Assembly: GCA_000004985.1 (NCBI GenBank) | Contig: GG739182.1 | Strand: one strand, 5' to 3' | Length of the DNA: 4,497 bases | Origin: Naegleria gruberi | Taxonomy: Eukaryota | Shown: one piece after another, positions 1 to 4,497 of the stretch | Position numbering within the stretch: the stretch's first letter is position 1 | How the letters are laid out: each line of letters opens with the position of its first letter | Notes under the pieces: model-generated | Database searches by the model: none | The model's input: the letters and a program-made list of their open reading frames with translations, nothing else | Told to the model about the DNA's origin: nothing | Position numbers and translations under genes: made by a program

Positions 1-1
1 A

Positions 2-88
2 AATATGTATGATATACTAGTTCCTAAATATGTAGATGATATTACTTTTTGGAAAAGTTACTTTTATTGTTTACATCGAATTTTATTT
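2..88 (+). other. BSD domain, C-terminal portion (conserved FW pair at nt 47-52)
   Basis: The LVPxxVxxxxFWxxYFY motif is diagnostic of BSD domains in the BTF2/TFIIH p62, synapse-associated and DOS2 families. The N-terminal part of the domain lies outside the window. Confidence 0.65.
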
Positions 89-1604
89 ACACAAAATATT
101 GATGAATTAGATGAAGAAATTTGTGAATTATATAATAAAAGAAGAAGACAACAAATGGAAAGAGAATTGGAATTACAAGAATATTGTAATGCTATTGAAT
201 CTGATTGTAAAATTATTCACATGATTATTAAAATGGAAATTGAAAATATTAATCAAATTTTATTATTTGAAAAAAATTTAAATAATCAAATTATTAATTC
301 AATTGATAATGACATTATACATGAAAATAATATTAATCAAAATAATATTCATCAAAATAATTCAAATGATAGTAATGAAAATAGTAATTCAGATAGTAAT
401 AATAATAATGAAATAATTGATAATTCTAATATTTCTAGTAATGAATCTAATAATGAAACATTATCTGATAATACTACTAATACTAATACTAATATTGATA
501 ATTCTTCTACTTCCACATCTACATCTACTACATCAACATCAACACCAACAACATCGACAACAAATGATAAAAAGAAAATGAATGAAGAACGTAAAAGAAG
601 AGAAGAAGAATATCATACTAATAAACAATTAATTGAAGAGAAAATTAGAGAAGTAATTGAAATTAAAAAGAAAGTTTCATTATTTTCAAGTGAAATTATT
701 ACGAATGAAACATTAATTGAAAGAATTTCACAATCTAATCATTGTTTTATGCAAACATTTACCTGAATATACCAAATATAAAGAATTATCTAAAGAATTA
801 TCAGATGAAAATAATTCAGTGTTATGTGTTGGTACAACAATTGGTGGAAGATTGAGATCATGTTCAAATGTTACATTTTCACCACAATTATTAAATACAA
901 ATAGAAATTATCCAATTACAACTGAATTTCAAAGAAAGAAGATTGTTTCTTCTTTACCTGCTAGATATCATTTAAGTAATTGGACTTTATTATATTCAAC
1001 ATTAGAACATGGTATTTCAATTAAAACTTTATATAGAAAATCATTGGATATTGATGCAAGTATTTTAATTATTAAAACTATGGATGGAAATGTTTTAGGT
1101 GCTTTTAATTCAATGCCATATAATGAAAGAGGACATAAATATTATGGAAATGGTGAAATTATGTTATATTCATTTAAAAATTCAACAAATATCAAAACTT
1201 ATCATTGGACTAAATTAAATGATTTCTTCATTAGATCAACAGATTCAATGATTTGTTATGGTGGTGATGAATTTGGAAGAAGTGCTCTCATCATTGATGG
1301 TGAATTATTAACTGGTAGTACAAATATTTGTAAGACTTTTGCATGTTCAGATGATTCAAATGTTGAACAAACTCCATTATTGGAAAAGGAAATTTCATCT
1401 GCAACCACTCCATCAAATAGTGGTAGTAGCAGCAGTACACTTGTTAAATCACAATCCATTACAACTTTTAGTACTGAAGTTGATTTTGAAATTTATGCTT
1501 TGGAAGTTTGGGGATTTGAACAAATTGTCAAGAAGGAAACTAGATCCAATTCAATCAAGACTAATGTTGCTGCCTCAACTCTATTGGATTATTCTCATTA
1601 TTAG
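2..1604 (+). CDS. 5'-partial protein-coding gene: BSD domain (C-terminal part), Asn/Ser/Thr-rich low-complexity, basic coiled-coil, C-terminal TLDc domain (OXR1/NCOA7/TBC1D24-family fold). Two ORF segments (2..766 frame 2; 717..1604 frame 3) must be joined by a splice or an indel.
   Basis: Frame 2 is open from the window edge (nt 2), so the true start is upstream. The first residues, ...YDILVPKYVDDITFWKSYFYCLHRIL, match the BSD-domain C-terminal signature as I recall it from SYAP1 (approximately [21 protein letters not shown]). The frame-3 segment aligns block-by-block with the human OXR1 TLDc domain as I recall it: LPARYHLSNWTLLYSTLEHGISIKTLYR vs LPPRTIGYPWTLVYGTGKHGTSLKTLYR; ILIIKTMDGNVLGAFNSMPYNERGHKYYGNGEIMLYSF vs [45 protein letters not shown] vs SCKTFGN; and DFEIYALEVWGFE vs EDFFIQDIEIWAFE. 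The frame-3 segment has no internal Met before the middle of the TLDc domain and no room for a promoter, so it must continue the upstream ORF. Stop is TAG at 1602-1604, followed in-frame by TAG TAA (triple stop). Confidence 0.85.
505..560 (+). repeat. Imperfect (ACATCN)n microsatellite encoding a STSTSTTSTSTPTTSTT tract inside the plus-strand CDS
   Basis: tcttctacttccacatctacatctactacatcaacatcaacaccaacaacatcgacaacaa, preceded by AAT-rich Asn runs (nt ~300-500). Confidence 0.6.
690..783 (+). other. Candidate 94-nt intron (GT..AG, phase-compatible) joining the frame-2 and frame-3 segments. The alternative is a 1-nt indel somewhere in 717..766.
   Basis: Only a length of 1 mod 3 can join the frames. 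GT at 690-691 to AG at 782-783 is 94 nt and splices to ...KKKVSLFS-K-LSKELSDENNSV.... It argues against an intron that the donor GTGAAA is non-canonical for Dictyostelium (usually GTAAGT or GTATGT), that AT content is only ~75% against ~90% in real dictyostelid introns, and that the interval also reads as plausible protein in frame 2. Confidence 0.25.
915..1520 (+). other. TLDc domain, with a ~34-aa Ser/Thr-rich insertion (nt ~1371-1472) between the last two conserved blocks
   Basis: Conserved TLDc blocks read directly from the frame-3 translation: W-LLYS-HG-S-TLYR; GAF-YYG-GE; CYGGDE-ALIIDGEL; EVWGF. The order and spacing of these blocks match the OXR1/NCOA7 C-terminal domain as I recall it. 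Confidence 0.8.
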
Positions 1605-1668
1605 TAGTAAATAACACTCTTAAATAACACACTCCATCAATTTTGAAAATGTAAATAAAAACTTAATT

Positions 1669-3852
1669 TTATTTAGAAGAGGAGATGAGAGAATTATTGT
1701 TGGCAGAACTATTATTGATACATTTTTGCATTTCACTTGATGTGTATTGTGCAATTTCCTTAATATATTCAAAAGTATCCATTNNNNNNNNNNNNNNNNN
1801 NNNNNNNNNNNNNNNNNNNNNNNNNNNNNNNNNNNNNNNNNNNNNNNNNNNNNNNNNNNNNNNNNNNNNNNNNNNNNNNNNNNNNNNNNNNNNNNNNNNN
1901 NNNNNNNNNNNNNNNNNNNNNNNNNNNNNNNNNNNNNNNNNNNNNNNNNNNNNNNNNNNNNNNNNNNNNNNNNNNNNNNNNNNNNNNNNNNNNNNNNNNN
2001 NNNNNNNNNNNNNNNNNNNNNNNNNNNNNNNNNNNNNNNNNNNNNNNNNNNNNNNNNNNNNNNNNNNNNNNNNNNNNNNNNNNNNNNNNNNNNNNNNNNN
2101 NNNNNNNNNNNNNNNNNNNNNNNNNNNNNNNNNNNNNNNNNNNNNNNNNNNNNNNNNNNNNNNNNNNNNNNNNNNNNNNNNNNNNNNNNNNNNNNNNNNN
2201 NNNNNNNNNNNNNNNNNNNNNNNNNNNNNNNNNNNNNNNNNNNNNNNNNNNNNNNNNNNNNNNNNNNNNNNNNNNNNNNNNNNNNNNNNNNNNNNNNNNN
2301 NNNNNNNNNNNNNNNNNNNNNNNNNNNNNNNNNNNNNNNNNNNNNNNNNNNNNNNNNNNNNNNNNNNNNNNNNNNNNNNNNNNNNNNNNNNNNNNNNNNN
2401 NNNNNNNNNNNNNNNNNNNNNNNNNNNNNNNNNNNNNNNNNNNNNNNNNNNNNNNNNNNNNNNNNNNNNNNNNNNNNNNNNNNNNNNNNNNNNNNNNNNN
2501 NNNNNNNNNNNNNNNNNNNNNNNNNNNNNNNNNNNNNNNNNNNNNNNNNNNNNNNNNNNNNNNNNNNNNNNNNNNNNNNNNNNNNNNNNNNNNNNNNNNN
2601 NNNNNNNNNNNNNNNNNNNNNNNNNNNNNNNNNNNNNNNNNNNNNNNNNNNNNNNNNNNNNNNNNNNNNNNNNNNNNNNNNNNNNNNNNNNNNNNNNNNN
2701 NNNNNNNNNNNNNNNNNNNNNNNNNNNNNNNNNNNNNNNNNNNNNNNNNNNNNNNNNNNNNNNNNNNNNNNNNNNNNNNNNNNNNNNNNNNNNNNNNNNN
2801 NNNNNNNNNNNNNNNNNNNNNNNNNNNNNNNNNNNNNNNNNNNNNNNNNNNNNNNNNNNNNNNNNNNNNNNNNNNNNNNNNNNNNNNNNNNNNNNNNNNN
2901 NNNNNNNNNNNNNNNNNNNNNNNNNNNNNNNNNNNNNNNNNNNNNNNNNNNNNNNNNNNNNNNNNNNNNNNNNNNNNNNNNCTAATTCTTGTTTACATCT
3001 TTGTGAATCATTTCCAAATTTACTTTTCCATTCATTAATTATTGTATTTGTACCTGTTGTATCATTTTCTAAAAATGGTGAATATAAATTACTTAAAAAT
3101 GTAAAAAAAATTAATTCTTGTTTAAATTCTTGTTCAGAACAATAAGTTACATTTCTAGAATGTTTTACAATATTAATTAAATGATACATTACTTGTATCA
3201 TCACTTGCCAATTTCTATTAGATTGTGGTGTTATACTAAAATGTCTCTTATTAAGTGAAACTGGAATTTTAAAAAACTCTACAAGTTCCATCACTAATTC
3301 TTCATTTAAACCTGATACCATTGAATGTCTATTAATAGTTGTATTATTATTATTAGAAGAATTAGAATTGTTATTAGAAGAATTAGATTGTTGATTAGCC
3401 TTCTTCATTTCACTATGAGTTGGAAAGGTAACACATAAATTCATATCAATTTGTTTAAATAAATGATTCAAGTAGAATCTCAACTTGGATGAATCACCTT
3501 CACGGAATGTTTTCATACTAATATCAATACCTAGATTTTCATTAGAGAAGAATTCAACTAGTGCATTAATCATGTGATTAAAATTAAATGATTGTTGTTG
3601 ATTAGAAGCAGCAGCAGAGGAGGTTATTGTAGAAGAATTAAGTCTATCACCACCACCTATGATCATACTAGTAGATAGAATGGATGATGTATTTGATGTT
3701 GTTGATTTTATGGAATCTCTTGGACCATTCTTATTGTTGGAGATTAGTATGGATTTTAATCCACTGTTATTGTTAGAACCTAGTGTACTAGCATTAAGTG
3801 ATGATGATGTGTTGGTAATATCACGCAAGGCTGAACGATGTAATGATGTCAT
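1669..3852 (-). CDS. Hypothetical protein with N-terminal cyclin-B-type destruction box (RSALRDITN, aa 6-14). Only aa 1-290 (nt 2982..3852) and a possible C-terminal 37 aa (1669..1783) are sequence-supported; the middle is an assembly gap.
   Basis: Start ATG at 3850-3852 (revcomp) is the first Met after an in-frame stop (revcomp TAG at 3895-3897). The ORF is continuous to the gap edge at 2982. Asn/Ser/Thr-rich linkers are typical of dictyostelid coding sequence. No cyclin box, Walker motif or other recognisable domain is visible in the readable 290 aa. The post-gap segment 1669..1783 reads MDTFEYIKEIAQYTSSEMQKCINNSSANNNSLISSSK* in an open frame, but its frame relation across the 1198 N's cannot be known. 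Confidence 0.7.
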   Translation of the reverse strand: MTSLHRSALRDITNTSSSLNASTLGSNNNSGLKSILISNNKNGPRDSIKSTTSNTSSILSTSMIIGGGDRLNSSTITSSAAASNQQQSFNFNHMINALVEFFSNENLGIDISMKTFREGDSSKLRFYLNHLFKQIDMNLCVTFPTHSEMKKANQQSNSSNNNSNSSNNNNTTINRHSMVSGLNEELVMELVEFFKIPVSLNKRHFSITPQSNRNWQVMIQVMYHLINIVKHSRNVTYCSEQEFKQELIFFTFLSNLYSPFLENDTTGTNTIINEWKSKFGNDSQRCKQELXXXXXXXXXXXXXXXXXXXXXXXXXXXXXXXXXXXXXXXXXXXXXXXXXXXXXXXXXXXXXXXXXXXXXXXXXXXXXXXXXXXXXXXXXXXXXXXXXXXXXXXXXXXXXXXXXXXXXXXXXXXXXXXXXXXXXXXXXXXXXXXXXXXXXXXXXXXXXXXXXXXXXXXXXXXXXXXXXXXXXXXXXXXXXXXXXXXXXXXXXXXXXXXXXXXXXXXXXXXXXXXXXXXXXXXXXXXXXXXXXXXXXXXXXXXXXXXXXXXXXXXXXXXXXXXXXXXXXXXXXXXXXXXXXXXXXXXXXXXXXXXXXXXXXXXXXXXXXXXXXXXXXXXXXXXXXXXXXXXXXXXXXXXXXXXXXXXXXXXXXXXXXXXXXXXXXXXXXXXXXXXXXXXXXXXXXXXXXXXXMDTFEYIKEIAQYTSSEMQKCINNSSANNNSLISSSK
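1784..2981. other. Assembly gap / masked region (1198 N)
   Basis: Uninterrupted run of n characters. All 'X' residues in the track ORFs come from it. Confidence 0.99.
3352..3393 (-). repeat. Two tandem copies of a ~21-bp unit (attagaagaattagaattgtt / attagaagaattagattgttg) inside the minus-strand CDS, encoding NSSNNNSNSSNNNN
   Basis: Direct reading of the sequence. Coding low-complexity expansion typical of dictyostelid genes. Confidence 0.55.
3811..3837 (-). other. Destruction box (D-box) R-x-x-L-x-x-I-x-N
   Basis: Revcomp reads cgt tca gcc ttg cgt gat att acc aac = RSALRDITN, a perfect match to the APC/C degron consensus RxxLxxIxN (compare cyclin B RTALGDIGN). It sits at residues 6-14, immediately at the N-terminus, as in mitotic cyclins, securins and geminin. 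Confidence 0.55.
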
Positions 3853-3887
3853 TTTTTTTAAAGTGTTTGAAGAATGTAACGAAATTT

Positions 3888-3895
3888 TTTGGCGC
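3888..3895. promoter_or_regulatory. E2F-consensus site TTTGGCGC (TTTSSCGC), 36-43 bp from the ATG of the D-box gene
   Basis: Exact match to the canonical E2F/DP recognition sequence. It is a GC-only pentamer in intergenic DNA that is otherwise >85% AT. Confidence 0.45.
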
Positions 3896-3904
3896 TAACT
3901 TAAA

Positions 3905-3916
3905 TTTGGCGCCAAA
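3905..3916. promoter_or_regulatory. Palindromic double E2F site TTTGGCGCCAAA (overlapping inverted TTTGGCGC half-sites), 53-64 bp from the ATG of the D-box gene
   Basis: A perfect 12-bp palindrome with the same arrangement as the classic overlapping E2F sites of the DHFR and E2F1 promoters (TTTCGCGCCAAA-type). A GGCGCC hexamer is expected far less than once per 4.5 kb at this base composition. Confidence 0.5.
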
Positions 3917-4055
3917 ATCACTTGTTAAATTTCAGCCTTCCACCAAGCCTTTCTTTTCAACAACATTCCCTAGCCTCCAAACATTTGCATTCTCATTGTA
4001 TTAGTCCTAATACATGAATAATTATAAATGATTTATAAATTTTAAATAAATTTTA

Positions 4056-4497
4056 TTATAATAAATTATTACTATTTAAAATATGATAAGAAGGTATTGT
4101 AATTAATAATCTGTTTAAATTATATTCATCATCATTATTATTATAATTTTTATCATGTTTATAAATAACACCACTATTAATTACATTTCTATTCCAAATT
4201 AAATTACCATTTATAGTATCTATTTTAATAAATGGAGCATATCTATGTGATTTTAAATATTCTTTACAATATAATTCTTTTGTAACAATTTCACTTGTTA
4301 AATATTCTTCAATTTCATTTAATTCATTTTCTAAATCTTGTAAATTAATTTTATTTTCAAATTCTTTATTTTCATTAATTTGATTATTTTTAATTAATTT
4401 ATTTAATCTATTTTGTAAATTATTTATATTATTATTATTAGAATGATTATTATTATTATTATTACTATTTAAATTATTATTAGAATGATTATTATTA
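4056..4497 (-). CDS. 3' portion (146 codons plus stop) of a minus-strand gene that starts beyond the window end; Asn-rich coiled-coil-like hypothetical protein. Not in the supplied ORF track because it has no in-frame ATG.
   Basis: Manual revcomp translation from nt 4496 downward is open for 146 codons: NNNHSNNNLNSNNNNNNHSSNNNNINNLQNRLNKLIKNNQINENKEFENKINLQDLENELNEIEEYLTSEIVTKELYCKEEYLKSHRYAPFIKIDTINGNLIWNRNVINSGVIYKHDKNYNNNDDEYNLNRLLITIPSYHILNSNNLL, then TAA at 4056-4058. The other two minus frames hit stops almost immediately. Composition (AAT-encoded Asn runs, mixed-residue C-terminal region) looks coding rather than intergenic. Confidence 0.55.
   Translation of the reverse strand, partial: NNNHSNNNLNSNNNNNNHSNNNNINNLQNRLNKLIKNNQINENKEFENKINLQDLENELNEIEEYLTSEIVTKELYCKEYLKSHRYAPFIKIDTINGNLIWNRNVINSGVIYKHDKNYNNNDDEYNLNRLLITIPSYHILNSNNLL
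4432..4497 (-). repeat. ~24-bp direct repeat (attattattagaatgattattatta) at 4432-4456 and 4473-4497 within the Asn-rich coding sequence of the window-end gene
   Basis: Direct reading. Encodes NNNHSNNN twice. Confidence 0.5.

Noticed and set aside
300-560. Repetitive AAT / ACATCN tracts, and the repeats at 3352-3393 and 4432-4497, considered as CRISPR-like or mobile-element repeats
   Set aside because: They are in-frame coding microsatellites (Asn and Ser/Thr runs) typical of Dictyostelium proteins. There are no spacer/repeat regularity, no terminal inverted repeats and no transposase ORF.
744-783. 40-nt GT..AG interval (gttttat...ataaag) as the frame-restoring intron
   Set aside because: Length is 1 mod 3, but splicing it creates an immediate TAA (t + aa), and 40 nt is below the length of dictyostelid introns.
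1256-1614. Track ORFs 1256..1459 (-) and 1339..1614 (+) inside the TLDc region
   Set aside because: They overlap the frame that carries the conserved TLDc blocks and have no domain or composition support. They are shadow ORFs.
1685-3145. Track ORFs 1685..3145 (+) and 1747..2985 (+), 486 and 412 aa
   Set aside because: Almost entirely poly-X from the N gap. The few real codons at their ends are antisense to the minus-strand gene. They are artefacts.
3659-3898. Track ORF 3659..3898 (+), 79 aa
   Set aside because: Antisense to the well-supported N-terminus of the minus-strand gene and it runs across that gene's promoter. It is a shadow ORF.
3921-4010. C-rich block considered as a tRNA or snoRNA gene
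   Set aside because: No acceptor/T-arm consensus (no GTTCRANYC), no A/B box spacing, and no C box (RUGAUGA) on either strand.
1-4497. Prokaryotic defence / novel-system interpretation of the window
   Set aside because: Base composition, codon usage, homopolymeric Asn/Ser/Thr tracts, the eukaryotic BSD and TLDc domains, D-box and E2F motifs all indicate a eukaryotic (dictyostelid) nuclear locus. There are no Shine-Dalgarno-spaced operon structure and no prokaryotic domains.

Overview
Very AT-rich window with Asn (AAT) runs, Ser/Thr microsatellite-encoded tracts and AGA/GGT/TTA/CAA codon usage. I read this as nuclear DNA of a dictyostelid social amoeba (Dictyostelium-like eukaryote), not a prokaryotic locus. 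I see no CRISPR, defence-island or mobile-element signal. Four things are present:

1. A 5'-truncated plus-strand gene (2..1604). It encodes the end of a BSD domain, an Asn/Ser/Thr low-complexity region, a basic coiled-coil and a clear C-terminal TLDc domain (OXR1/NCOA7/mEAK7 family). The reading frame changes between 717 and 766, so there is either a short intron or a frameshift.

2. A convergent minus-strand gene (start 3852, apparent stop 1669). Its middle is lost in a 1198-nt assembly gap of N's (1784..2981). Its N-terminus carries a textbook cyclin-B-type destruction box (RSALRDITN). Its ATG lies 35-65 bp from two E2F-consensus sites, TTTGGCGC and the palindrome TTTGGCGCCAAA, which are conspicuous GC islands in an AT desert. 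Together these point to an uncharacterised cell-cycle-regulated candidate APC/C substrate.

3. A second minus-strand coding region running off the window end (4056..4497). The ORF track missed it because it contains no in-frame Met.

4. Three compact intergenic spacers: 64 bp between the convergent stops, about 200 bp carrying the E2F sites and a C-rich block, and the region flanking the TATA-like sequence.

Track ORFs at 1685..3145, 1747..2985, 1256..1459, 1339..1614 and 3659..3898 are gap artefacts or antisense shadows. The part of the 1669..3852 ORF that crosses the gap (translated as X) is not sequence-supported.
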